A stretch of 64,000 nucleotides of DNA from an uncultured Clostridia bacterium (GTDB taxonomy: Bacteria; Bacillota; Clostridia; TANB77; CAG-465). Below, in pieces: positions 48,182-58,062 of the stretch (the stretch's first letter is position 1; every line of letters starts with the position of its first letter). Location of the stretch: positions 58,156 through 122,155 of the forward strand of contig CALXJI010000004.1 in the NCBI GenBank assembly GCA_944388585.1, in the 5' to 3' direction. The translations under genes were made by a program, and so were the position numbers. The notes under the pieces were generated by a model. That model searched no databases and was not told where the DNA came from. It saw nothing but the letters and a program-made list of their open reading frames with translations.

Positions 48182-49219
48182 CTATTTATTATTTAAATAT
48201 TTATTAAAGAAACTCTCTATCTTATCAAAAGGTATAACATCTAAATTATCATATAAATCACAATGAACTGCGTTTGGAATAATCATAAGTTCTTTATTAT
48301 CATTATATTTTCCATTTTCTGTCATTTTTTTATAAGCATCTTTACTAAAATAACAAGAATGAGCTTTTTCTCCATGTATCATTAAAACAGCACTACGTAT
48401 TTCATTTGTGTATGTAAGCATATGTGTATTCATTAAAGAACTTAATGAAGAATAAGTAAATCCATTATTTGAGCCAAGTGATCTTTTATGATATCCACGC
48501 TTTTTATAAAAATCAATATAATCTATTAAAAACTGTGGTGCCCCATCTGGTGCCTCTTCAGGATTTCCTCCAAGCAATGTATATTTTTTGTTTTTATAAT
48601 CTAGTGTTCTTTGTCTATTATAATCTATACGTGCACTGTAACGTGTATCTTCATCATTTACATCATTATATCCATAAGAAGTTACTCTACTCATATCATA
48701 CATTGTAGAAGTTAATGTTGCTTTTACTCTTGTATCTAATGAAGCTGTCTGAAGTGCATAACCCCCCCATCCACATATTCCTATAATTCCTATTTTCTCG
48801 CTATCAACTTCTTCCAAATTAGATAAATAATCTATTGCTGCTTGGTAATCTTCTACACAATGATCAATTGAATTCATATAGCGAGGTAATCCTCCTGATT
48901 CACCATAATATGATGGGTCAAACGCAATAGTTAAAAATCCTCTTGCTGCCATCTCTTGTGCATATCTTCCTGATACTTGTTCTTTTACAGCACTATAAGG
49001 TCCACAAACTGCAATAGCTGCAAGTTTTCCTTCATAATTTTTAGGTGTGTATTTATCTGCTGCAAGTGTTATTCCAAAATGATTTACAAATGCAACTTTT
49101 TCATGATTAACATTTTCATTTTTCGGAAATACCTTATCCCACTCCTGTGTTAAAACAATTTCTTCTTTTTTTATTTGAATATCTGTCATTTCTCCATAGT
49201 TAATTTTTTTATTTTCCAT
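48182..49219 (-). CDS. Alpha/beta hydrolase (YcjY-like, Cys nucleophile)
   Basis: AVKEQ, FDPSYYGESGG, GICGWGG, HCDLYD. Confidence 0.85.
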   Translation of the reverse strand: MENKKINYGEMTDIQIKKEEIVLTQEWDKVFPKNENVNHEKVAFVNHFGITLAADKYTPKNYEGKLAAIAVCGPYSAVKEQVSGRYAQEMAARGFLTIAFDPSYYGESGGLPRYMNSIDHCVEDYQAAIDYLSNLEEVDSEKIGIIGICGWGGYALQTASLDTRVKATLTSTMYDMSRVTSYGYNDVNDEDTRYSARIDYNRQRTLDYKNKKYTLLGGNPEEAPDGAPQFLIDYIDFYKKRGYHKRSLGSNNGFTYSSLSSLMNTHMLTYTNEIRSAVLMIHGEKAHSCYFSKDAYKKMTENGKYNDNKELMIIPNAVHCDLYDNLDVIPFDKIESFFNKYLNNK

Positions 49220-49229
49220 AGTATTCCTC

Positions 49230-49889
49230 CTATAATCCAATTCTATCTAACCACTCTTGAACTTCACTTTGTGAGTTACTAGCATTACTACTACTTATAG
49301 ATAAACCACCTGTAACTGTTGCATTTGGCTCTTTTGTTTGTATAACTACTGGTGTACCAGAAAGTCCTGAGCCTCCAGATGTGCAAAATGGTGCTATTGT
49401 TTTTCCAGATAGATCATATTCATCTAAAAATGTATACAGTGCCATTGGCATATCTGAAAACCATATTGGATATCCTAAAAATATAGTATCATACTCATCT
49501 ATATTTTCTATATTAGTACTAAGTTGAGGTCTTGCATTATCGTCTTTTTCTTGCTGAGCTATTGTTGATAATGTACTATAATCTTCAGGATAAGGCTCTA
49601 CTGTTTCAAGTTTTACAATATCGCCACCAACTAAGCTTTGAATAATATTTGCAACTTCTTGTGTATTTCCTGTTTGAGAAAAATACACAATTAAATTCTT
49701 TTTCTCATTTGTTTCATTTTGAGTATTTTCTTCTTTTACTTCATCTGAAACAATTTCTTCATTATTAATTTGATTTTCATTTTCTTGAGTAATATTATCA
49801 TCATCTTTTAATACAGTAACCCCCACAATAATTCCCATAATAAGGACTACTAAAATAACTAATATTAAAATTAATATTTTTTTATTCAT
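49230..49889 (-). CDS. Membrane-anchored flavodoxin
   Basis: YFSQTGNT, GYPIW, PFCTSGGSG; N-terminal TM. Confidence 0.85.
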   Translation of the reverse strand: MNKKILILILVILVVLIMGIIVGVTVLKDDDNITQENENQINNEEIVSDEVKEENTQNETNEKKNLIVYFSQTGNTQEVANIIQSLVGGDIVKLETVEPYPEDYSTLSTIAQQEKDDNARPQLSTNIENIDEYDTIFLGYPIWFSDMPMALYTFLDEYDLSGKTIAPFCTSGGSGLSGTPVVIQTKEPNATVTGGLSISSSNASNSQSEVQEWLDRIGL

Positions 49890-49910
49890 TAATTTTCTCC
49901 CCTTATTCTG

Positions 49911-50795
49911 CTAAGCTATATTTACTAATTCATATTCTCTTGTACCAAAACCTAGCTCTGAGGCAGCTTCTATTGTATGAACTCCATGTAAAGACTCAAT
50001 TCTTTTTATTAGCTTATCTTTACCAGGATCTGTAGAATTATACACTAAATCTAGACATGCTTGATCAATTGCAATAGGGTCAGTACTTATAAGTATACCA
50101 ACATCTTTCATACAAGGTGCAGACGCATTGCCATCACAATCACAGTCTACTGAAATATTTTTCATAACATTAACAAATACAATATTTCCTTTAAAGTAAT
50201 TTACAACACTTTCGGCAGCATCTGCCATTGCTTCTAAGAAACGATCTTGCTCTGGTAGATTGTTAAATAATTCATATTGATTATTTGTAACTCCAGCTGT
50301 ATGAATTAAAGTTTTACCTTCTGATGAAGCACAACCTATTGAAAGCTGTTTTAAAGCTCCACCATATCCACCCATAGCGTGCCCTTTAAAATGAGATAGC
50401 ACAAGCATTGAATCATATTTTGCCAAATCTTTTCCAACATAATTCTTCTTTAAAACTTTGCCATTTGGTACATCTAATACCATATCTGGTCCTTCTTCAT
50501 CTAACAGATCAAACTTAAAATATTTGTCCCATTCATGCTCTTTAATAAGTTCTTTATGTTTTTGTGTAGTATTTCTTGCTCCTTCATATGCAGTATTACA
50601 TTCTACTACTGTTCCATCTACATAATCTACTAAAGGTTTTACAAATTCTGGTCTTAAATAATTTTTATTTCCTTTTTCTCCAGAATGTAATTTTACTGCT
50701 ACATTTCCTTTTAACTCTTTTCCTAATACCTTATACATTTTAACTAAATTTTCAGGTGTTATTTCTTTTGTAAAATATACTTTTGCTTTTTCCAT
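49911..50795 (-). CDS. DUF362 Fe-S protein
   Basis: VKLHSGE, SHFKGH.MGGYGGALK, DCDC, DPIAIDQA. Confidence 0.8.
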   Translation of the reverse strand: MEKAKVYFTKEITPENLVKMYKVLGKELKGNVAVKLHSGEKGNKNYLRPEFVKPLVDYVDGTVVECNTAYEGARNTTQKHKELIKEHEWDKYFKFDLLDEEGPDMVLDVPNGKVLKKNYVGKDLAKYDSMLVLSHFKGHAMGGYGGALKQLSIGCASSEGKTLIHTAGVTNNQYELFNNLPEQDRFLEAMADAAESVVNYFKGNIVFVNVMKNISVDCDCDGNASAPCMKDVGILISTDPIAIDQACLDLVYNSTDPGKDKLIKRIESLHGVHTIEAASELGFGTREYELVNIA

Positions 50796-50822
50796 ATAAA
50801 TCATCCTTTCTTATATACTATA

Positions 50823-50853
50823 TTTATATCATATAAAGTATACTTTAGGTCAA
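50823..50853 (-). promoter_or_regulatory. MerR-type promoter with AdhR/NmlR-like operator
   Basis: TTGACC-19 bp-TATAAA with the perfect palindrome TAAAGTATACTTTA in the spacer. Confidence 0.65.
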
Positions 50854-50868
50854 TACTTTATATATTTA

Positions 50869-51714
50869 TTATTTGTTTTTTATTATTATATTACAATTAT
50901 CTTCCATAATTGAATTTTCTTTTATTATTTTTCCTACGCTATCTGCAATTATTTCTCCTGATTTTGGATTTTTAATAGACTTTATATAGCCACTGACTTG
51001 AGCTTGTACATCTGAGTATTCAAATGATAAATCTGTATCTTCCATTATACAGTTTACAAGTTTTAAATTCTTACAATAACATAGTGGCTGTGTACCTATA
51101 ATTTTACAATTAATAAGTGTAAGACTATCAGAAAACCAAGCAAGATATTCTCCCTTTATAACTGAGTCTTTTACTGTAACATTTTTACTGTGCCAAAAAG
51201 CATCTTTAGTATCCAGTGTAGAGTTAGTTATCTCAACATTTTCCATATACTGAAAAGAATATTTACCTGTAAAGTTTACATTATCTAGCTTAACATTTTT
51301 ACTATCTAAAAAAATATATTCAGATACTATATCTGTATTTTTTACCTCAATATTATTACATTTCCACCCAAACTCTCTTGAATCAATATTTGAATTAATA
51401 ATTTGTGTATTTGTACATTCTCTTAAAAGTTTAACTCCCTTTATATTACAATTTTGTATTATTCCATCATTTGAATACCAAATAGGTGCTCTTGTATTTT
51501 CATCAAGCTCTGAATTTAACAGTTCATATTTTTGTACATGCCATAAAGGATATTTTAGCGAAAACTTACTATCCATTACTTTAATATTTCGACTTTCCTT
51601 AAGTACAGACTCCCCATCTTTTGGCCCTGCAAATACGCAATTTTTAACTGTTGCATCTTTTAAATTATATAAAGCTCTTTCTTCATCATATGTTTTGTTC
51701 TCCATTACTTTCAT
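50869..51714 (-). CDS. DUF3737 beta-helix protein
   Basis: ERALY, DGES.LKES, KYPLWH, DTKDAFWH, GTQPLCY. Confidence 0.85.
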   Translation of the reverse strand: MKVMENKTYDEERALYNLKDATVKNCVFAGPKDGESVLKESRNIKVMDSKFSLKYPLWHVQKYELLNSELDENTRAPIWYSNDGIIQNCNIKGVKLLRECTNTQIINSNIDSREFGWKCNNIEVKNTDIVSEYIFLDSKNVKLDNVNFTGKYSFQYMENVEITNSTLDTKDAFWHSKNVTVKDSVIKGEYLAWFSDSLTLINCKIIGTQPLCYCKNLKLVNCIMEDTDLSFEYSDVQAQVSGYIKSIKNPKSGEIIADSVGKIIKENSIMEDNCNIIIKNK

Positions 51715-51730
51715 TAACTATCACCTCTTT

Positions 51731-52291
51731 TTAATTATTTACATTTTCAATTACAACATTAACTGTTCCATTGCCTACTATATTTTTTAATCCTTCTGGA
51801 TTATCTAAATATCCAATTTTAGTATAACTATATGATGTAGAAAAACTATCATAAAATAGTACCAAACAATCTGACCCATATAACATTAAATCTCCAGATT
51901 TTATTGTTCCTACTCTTTCTGGTAAAGTAGTAAAATTATCATTAAAATAATAATATTTTTCATTTCCATTTAACTCACTCATATTAATTGTTAATGGTAG
52001 TTTATTTATTAATTCTTTTACTGCTTTATTATCATATAAAGTTGCACTAAAATTTTGACCATTGATTATAACATTAATTTTAATCATATTATCCTCCTCT
52101 ACACTTGTATCTTGTTCATTTTCACTTATTTTTATATCTTCAGTATCTTCTTGTATAATTGGTATATTATCTACATCCTTGCTAATATCACTTGATAAAG
52201 TATGTATGTTTTTATTTATAATTAAAATTACAAATATTAATATTATAATAATACATAATATACATATACTTATTATTAATTTATTTTTCAT
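51731..52291 (-). CDS. Cyclophilin-like fold protein, membrane-anchored
   Basis: LPLTINMSELNGNEKY, GDLMLYG..CLVLFY, YTKIG. Confidence 0.8.
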   Translation of the reverse strand: MKNKLIISICILCIIIILIFVILIINKNIHTLSSDISKDVDNIPIIQEDTEDIKISENEQDTSVEEDNMIKINVIINGQNFSATLYDNKAVKELINKLPLTINMSELNGNEKYYYFNDNFTTLPERVGTIKSGDLMLYGSDCLVLFYDSFSTSYSYTKIGYLDNPEGLKNIVGNGTVNVVIENVNN

Positions 52292-52421
52292 TAATAACTT
52301 CCTCCCACATTTATTATATTACAATATCTTATCTATTACAAATACTTATTTTCTATATACTACTATAAAAAATAAGCATAATAAAAGATTACCATATTTT
52401 TATGATAATCTTTTTACTACT

Positions 52422-53024
52422 TTATATTTTTTTACTTACCTTTTCTGCTTTATATATTACAAAAGCTACCACAACACCAATTGATGCTGTAATAAGTTGT
52501 GTTAGTCCCATTGCATTTTGAAGTGTTGAAACTAATTTTTCTGGAAATACATTAAATAAATTTAAAACATTAAAAAATAAAAAAATTACTGCAACCTTTA
52601 ATAACACACCAGCTATTCCTGCTAGAAAATAATTCAATTTTTTATCTAATAATAGTAATTTGTATAAATATACTAATATAAAATTTCCTATCCATATAGC
52701 AGGTATCATATACACCATATATGTTGATGCACTACCAAATACATAACCACTTAAAATTGTAGAAATACTTGGCATTGTAACAACACCCAAAATTTTTGCC
52801 CAACCATTTAAATTAATAGCTGTCATAATTAAAGCAGTATTTACAATTGAGCCTATTATTATTTGTGAGTTTTTTGCTATTACACTTTGTGCTCCAAATA
52901 CATTAGTAATTAATTCACCTAAAAATGTTGGAACTAAAAGTGCAATAAGAAAAATTAAGATAGTTTGAACTATATCTGTAATTTTAGAAAAACTTGATAT
53001 TTTTTTATTGATAATCTCTTCCAT
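52422..53024 (-). CDS. Membrane protein, ECF S-component-like
   Basis: About 6 TM helices; QIIIGSIVN, P.IWIGN, QLITA.IG. Confidence 0.5.
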   Translation of the reverse strand: MEEIINKKISSFSKITDIVQTILIFLIALLVPTFLGELITNVFGAQSVIAKNSQIIIGSIVNTALIMTAINLNGWAKILGVVTMPSISTILSGYVFGSASTYMVYMIPAIWIGNFILVYLYKLLLLDKKLNYFLAGIAGVLLKVAVIFLFFNVLNLFNVFPEKLVSTLQNAMGLTQLITASIGVVVAFVIYKAEKVSKKI

Positions 53025-53067
53025 ATTCTTTACCTCTCTTTTTATAAGACGGCTAATATGAATATCT

Positions 53068-53313
53068 TTAAACATTTGAATACATAACTTTACTTGTTAT
53101 TCCAGATAATTTTCCAATTTTACCAGATAATGTATTTATCTCATCTTGTGGAGCATCAATTATAATTGTAATAATATTTATAGCTCTTTTAGGATATGGC
53201 ATTCCCATTCTTCCTATAATCCTATTTGAATAATCATGTAAAATAGAATTTAGTTTATCTACATTATCCTTTTTTTCAAGTATTATTCCAATTATAGCAA
53301 CTCTTGTATCCAT
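53068..53313 (-). CDS. TM1266 family (Fe-only hydrogenase system regulator, ACT-like)
   Basis: TRVAIIGII...LN.ILH....IIGRMG.PY...LSGKIG.L.G. Confidence 0.85.
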   Translation of the reverse strand: MDTRVAIIGIILEKKDNVDKLNSILHDYSNRIIGRMGMPYPKRAINIITIIIDAPQDEINTLSGKIGKLSGITSKVMYSNV

Positions 53314-53442
53314 CTTTCCCCCTTTACTTTTACCTCAATTTTATTTTGGTATTAGAATAAACAAATAAATTACTTTGCTATAAAGTTATTCTTACTAGCT
53401 CAGTTAAATTAATTATATCATATAAAGAATTTTTTTCAATGA

Positions 53443-53466
53443 AAAAAACTGGCAAAACCAGTTTTT
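53443..53466 (-). terminator. Intrinsic terminator
   Basis: AAAAACTGG / CCAGTTTTT. Confidence 0.7.
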
Positions 53467-54313
53467 ATTCATTTACAGTGATATCTATATTTCCCATTCC
53501 ACCTTTAATATCTATATTATTTTTACCATTTCCATATGTCTGATTATTTACAAATTCTTGTTGGTTAACTTTAACATTTCCAATACCTTTTTCTATTCTT
53601 ATTTTACTATTATTAATATCAAAATCACTAAGATTGATCTTTCCATTTCCTATTCCACTTTCTATTTTTGCTACTCCACTTATGCTTGAATTTAATATAT
53701 AATTTCCCATACCAGATTCAAACTCCAAATTATTAATTTTAGATTCTACTATCTCAAATTCTCCAATACCAAGTTCTATATCACATTTGTTTAAAGATGC
53801 TAAATATTCTATTTTAGTGTTTCCAACTTCTGAAGTTATATCTACATTATTTGAAGATATATACTCTACATTACAATTTCCAACGCCAAGCTCTAACTCC
53901 ACATCATTAAATGTTGTACCTTCTGGAATATATAAGTTTATTACTGTCTCTTCTTGACTATTCTCTCCAAAATTTAAAAATTTTTTATCCTCTTCTTTTA
54001 TTACTAACTTATCTCCTTGTATATTACAAGAGAATCTATCTGTTACATTTAAGGCTTCTACTCTTAAAATATCTGATTGTATTATATTAACATTTGCTAT
54101 ACCTGACTCTATTTCAAGTCTCTTTACTTTATTTATATCAAATACTTCATCATAATTAATGTTTATGGTATCTTGGGGTGCTATCAAATTAGAAATATAT
54201 GTAATCCCAGAAATTGCTCCAACAAAAGATATTATTGCAATTAATATATTAAATATTATAAATACAGCAAGTGCAATAGCAAGTCCTTTTATTATTTTTT
54301 GTGTAGTATTCAT
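53465..54313 (-). CDS. DUF4097 beta-strand repeat (LiaG-like) protein
   Basis: N-terminal TM, repeated E.G.G units; ATGA overlap with the upstream gene. Confidence 0.7.
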   Translation of the reverse strand: MNTTQKIIKGLAIALAVFIIFNILIAIISFVGAISGITYISNLIAPQDTININYDEVFDINKVKRLEIESGIANVNIIQSDILRVEALNVTDRFSCNIQGDKLVIKEEDKKFLNFGENSQEETVINLYIPEGTTFNDVELELGVGNCNVEYISSNNVDITSEVGNTKIEYLASLNKCDIELGIGEFEIVESKINNLEFESGMGNYILNSSISGVAKIESGIGNGKINLSDFDINNSKIRIEKGIGNVKVNQQEFVNNQTYGNGKNNIDIKGGMGNIDITVNE

Positions 54314-54987
54314 CGTATAGTAACACCTCCAAACATTGCAAAACTTTCTATGTATACAGTATGTTTTTCGTCACTTTTATTATCTTTAATTTTATTAGAT
54401 GTTCCACCAAAAATATTTGTCGATTTAACTCTTACATTTACATTTTGTGGTACTATTATTTCAACACCCGCAAATATTGCACTTGCTTTTATTATTTTAT
54501 CTTCGTCAATATTACACTGTGAAATATCAAACTTAATATTTCCAAATGTTGAATCTAAATTTGCATTTTTAAATTCGTCACCAACAAGTTTTACCTTATT
54601 TTCAGAAAAACTTGCTACATATATTTCCATTCCATCAGTATCAATATTTTTCATCTTTTTACTTATTTTTTCACTTGTTATATTTTTAAAAATAAAACTA
54701 ATACCAACAATTACCAAAATGGCAGGTAATAAAAGTTTTCTTATTAACTCAAACGATAATATTCCCCTTGTGCAAAGTAATAATACTACTCCTAATAATA
54801 ACCATACATAATTTGAAAACTCTCTTACATTCTTTATAATTCCAATAATACTTGGAACTATTATAAATAGAGTCCACCATCCCTTGAAAAATATGTTTAT
54901 ATGTACTATTCCAAGTGAATTTATTCCCCATATTATTCCAATTACAATTAATACAATTCCCCATAATATATTTGATTTATTTTTCAT
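54310..54987 (-). CDS. LiaF-like membrane protein
   Basis: 4 TM helices, FG....D, AIFAGVEIIVP, FGG repeats. Confidence 0.7.
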   Translation of the reverse strand: MKNKSNILWGIVLIVIGIIWGINSLGIVHINIFFKGWWTLFIIVPSIIGIIKNVREFSNYVWLLLGVVLLLCTRGILSFELIRKLLLPAILVIVGISFIFKNITSEKISKKMKNIDTDGMEIYVASFSENKVKLVGDEFKNANLDSTFGNIKFDISQCNIDEDKIIKASAIFAGVEIIVPQNVNVRVKSTNIFGGTSNKIKDNKSDEKHTVYIESFAMFGGVTIR

Positions 54988-55082
54988 ATAACTCTCCTTT
55001 TTTAATTTATACTAATATAATAACATTTTTATTTTACATTAACAATAAAAAAGTAAATATTATTTATAATTATGACAAAATA

Positions 55083-55115
55083 AAGGATATATAATCTCTC
55101 TATTATATATCCTTT
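55083..55115 (-). terminator. Terminator after the ABC permease
   Basis: AAGGATATATAAT / ATTATATATCCTT. Confidence 0.7.
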
Positions 55116-55119
55116 TTTA

Positions 55120-57213
55120 TTAAATATTTTCTTTTATTATATTTTTACTTTCAAAATATGTTGCAAGAAAATATATTCCATATATAAAGCCTATGATTAC
55201 TACAGTTGCTATTATTGATGGTAAAAGATCTGCTGCATCAGCAATACCAGACATTGTAGATAAAGCAAATTGTATACCAAATATCGAATGTATTATAGCT
55301 ATAACAATTGGAAAAGCAAAGAATATTCCTATTTGTAAAAACAATGAGTGATTAATCATTTTATCATCTGCACCTATTTTTCTTAAAATAGAATATCTAA
55401 GCTTATTATCTGAACTTTCTGTAAGTTGCTTTAATGCAAGAACAGCAGAACTTGATATTAAAAATATTATGCCTAAATAAATTGCCAAAAACACAATTAT
55501 TGTTGCAATTCCCACACTTCCATCATAAATAGATATTCTTGTAGCACCTTCAAGGTCAATTCCGTTTTTATCTAAGTTTTGTATCAAAATTGAATCATCA
55601 CTTGCAAATAAATTTTCTATTTCTTGTTTTTGTTCGTCAGTAGTTGCATTATAGTTTGCAATAAGTATTTGTTGCTCTTGCATATCTTTAGTTAAAGGAC
55701 AACTATCAGGAACAAGTATTATTCCTGTATTTGTATGTGATGTAGACATCATAATATATCCGCTTTTACATTCTTTGTATTTGGGTGTATATTCCTTTCC
55801 ACATAAAGTTATAATTCCATCTATTTGTAACTCTTTATTTCGTATATTTACCATATTATCAAAATCACAAAGCATTACATATTCATTATCATTTAAATGA
55901 AATTCCTCAAGTCCATATAACTTTGCTACCTTATTATATTCTGACTCTTTAACAATTAATTCTGGCGTACCATACGCAAGACCCGGAAACTGAGCTTTTA
56001 CCTCATCAAAAACATCTTTTAAATATGTCTCCCAAGTTAGATTTGGACTTGTATAAGTAGAAATCTCAACAACATCTTTAAGTAAATTCATGTCTAATCC
56101 CGCATTTTCTAATGTATATTGCACAGATTCTTGCGAGTCTTCTATTTGTTCTTTCGTATATACTATTTCTTCTCCATATCTATTTACATACCTTTCTGGA
56201 AGACTAGCTGTTTTATATAGATTAATATCTACTGGTGTCATTTCAACTAATTCTCTTGTCATTGTATTTTTTATTGATAAAGCAGTTGAAAGTATTGTTA
56301 TTGTTATAAATAACATTAAACATATTATAGTCATGCTTACAACAGTTGTATTAATTTTATTATTAATTTGCCTTAAAACAAACATATTAGCATCTTTTAA
56401 ATATGTCTTTTTTCTAAACTGTATCAATTTTATCATAAGTCCAGATAAAGACCAAAATAGTAAAAGTGTTGCTACTGTTCCCATAACAAGTATAGGCCAA
56501 ATTTTTGAAAAACTTGTTAAAGTATATGCCTTTGCACTTACTATATAATATGCATATCCAAGCACTCCACAAGATAACAAAAATATAATGGTACAAATAA
56601 TTGGATTTTTTATAATTACTTTTTCATTTTTCTTAGCTGCATTTAAAAGGTCAATTAATTTATATCTTGACACTGATATAGTATTAAATATCATAACTGC
56701 AAAATACATTAGAGCAAAATAAATACAAGTTTTAACAAAAGCATCTTTTGAAAAAATAAACTGAAATTCTGTCATATCTACCTCAAATAATTTTGATACC
56801 AAAATAGACATAAGTTGTGAGCCAAATATTCCTATTACAAGTCCTATCCCTAGAGATATAATTCCGATTAAAATTGTTTCAAATAACAAAATTTTAGATA
56901 TTTGCCTCTTTCCCATACCTAAAGTCATATAAATACCAAATTCTTTTTTTCTTCTTTTAATCAAGAAATTATTTGCATATATTATTAAAAAAGCAAGTAT
57001 TATAGCAACAAAGCCAGATACAAATCCTATAAGTTGAGTCATAAGCTCTATGATCATTTTTTGAGACTGATTTACTTGCATCATAGCTTCTTGACTTTCA
57101 ATAGAATTAAACATATAAAATATTGTAACTCCAAGTATTAAAGTCATAAAATAAATTGCATAATCTTTAAAGCTTTTTTTAATATTTTTTAAAGATAGCT
57201 TAAATAACATCAT
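55120..57213 (-). CDS. BceB-type ABC permease
   Basis: RRKKEFGIYMTLGM, 10-TM layout with large extracellular loop, YSILRKIG. Confidence 0.88.
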   Translation of the reverse strand: MMLFKLSLKNIKKSFKDYAIYFMTLILGVTIFYMFNSIESQEAMMQVNQSQKMIIELMTQLIGFVSGFVAIILAFLIIYANNFLIKRRKKEFGIYMTLGMGKRQISKILLFETILIGIISLGIGLVIGIFGSQLMSILVSKLFEVDMTEFQFIFSKDAFVKTCIYFALMYFAVMIFNTISVSRYKLIDLLNAAKKNEKVIIKNPIICTIIFLLSCGVLGYAYYIVSAKAYTLTSFSKIWPILVMGTVATLLLFWSLSGLMIKLIQFRKKTYLKDANMFVLRQINNKINTTVVSMTIICLMLFITITILSTALSIKNTMTRELVEMTPVDINLYKTASLPERYVNRYGEEIVYTKEQIEDSQESVQYTLENAGLDMNLLKDVVEISTYTSPNLTWETYLKDVFDEVKAQFPGLAYGTPELIVKESEYNKVAKLYGLEEFHLNDNEYVMLCDFDNMVNIRNKELQIDGIITLCGKEYTPKYKECKSGYIMMSTSHTNTGIILVPDSCPLTKDMQEQQILIANYNATTDEQKQEIENLFASDDSILIQNLDKNGIDLEGATRISIYDGSVGIATIIVFLAIYLGIIFLISSSAVLALKQLTESSDNKLRYSILRKIGADDKMINHSLFLQIGIFFAFPIVIAIIHSIFGIQFALSTMSGIADAADLLPSIIATVVIIGFIYGIYFLATYFESKNIIKENI

Positions 57214-57967
57214 TTAGTTCACCTCCAAGAAGAGTTTGAACATCAATTATCTTCTCAAAGAACTCTTTTCTTGAATCATCTCCTTTTATAATCTCATTAA
57301 ATAACTTCCCGTCTTTTATAAATAAAATTCTATTTGCATAGCTTGCTGTAAAAGCATCATGAGTAACAACAAGAATTGTTGTATTTAGCTCTTTATTTAA
57401 CTTTTCAAATATTTCAAGAAGTTGTCTTGCTGATTTTGAATCCAGTGCTCCTGTTGGTTCATCTGCCAAAACTAAACTTGGACTTGTTATAACTGCTCTA
57501 GCTGCTGCACATCTTTGTTTTTGTCCACCAGATATTTGATATGGATATTTATCTAATACTTCTGATATTTCAAGCTTTTTTGCAATTTCTCTTACCTTTT
57601 TATCTATAATATCTGGCTTTTCTCTTTGAATAGTAAGAGCAAGTGCAATGTTTTCATACACAGTTAGTGTGTCAAGTAAATTAAAATCTTGAAATATAAA
57701 ACCAAGCTCTTCTCTTCTGAATTTATTTAATGCTGTGCCTTTAAGTCTTGTAACATCTTTTCCATCTACATTTATTTTTCCAGATGTAACCTTATCTATT
57801 GTAGAAATACAATTTAAAAGAGTAGTCTTACCACTTCCACTTGCTCCCATTATACCTATAAATTCACCTTTTTTAACATTAAAGCTAATATTATCTACAG
57901 CTTTAGTTAAATTAGATTTATTTCCATAGTATTTTTCTATATTTTTTACTTCTAATACATTTTCCAT
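57200..57967 (-). CDS. BceA-type ABC ATPase
   Basis: GASGSGKT, FQDFNLL, ISGGQKQR, ADEPTGALDS. Confidence 0.9.
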   Translation of the reverse strand: MENVLEVKNIEKYYGNKSNLTKAVDNISFNVKKGEFIGIMGASGSGKTTLLNCISTIDKVTSGKINVDGKDVTRLKGTALNKFRREELGFIFQDFNLLDTLTVYENIALALTIQREKPDIIDKKVREIAKKLEISEVLDKYPYQISGGQKQRCAAARAVITSPSLVLADEPTGALDSKSARQLLEIFEKLNKELNTTILVVTHDAFTASYANRILFIKDGKLFNEIIKGDDSRKEFFEKIIDVQTLLGGELNDVI

Positions 57968-58030
57968 AAATTTTACTCCTTCCTTTAAATATATTCTACA
58001 ACTATATACTCTTACTCGCTATCGATTATC

Positions 58031-58056
58031 CTTACACCTATCTTACATTTTTGTAA
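58031..58056 (-). promoter_or_regulatory. BceR-type binding site upstream of the transporter
   Basis: TTACA-TTTT-TGTAA (58043-58056) plus half-site CTTACA at 58031. Confidence 0.75.
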
Positions 58057-58062
58057 TATAAT

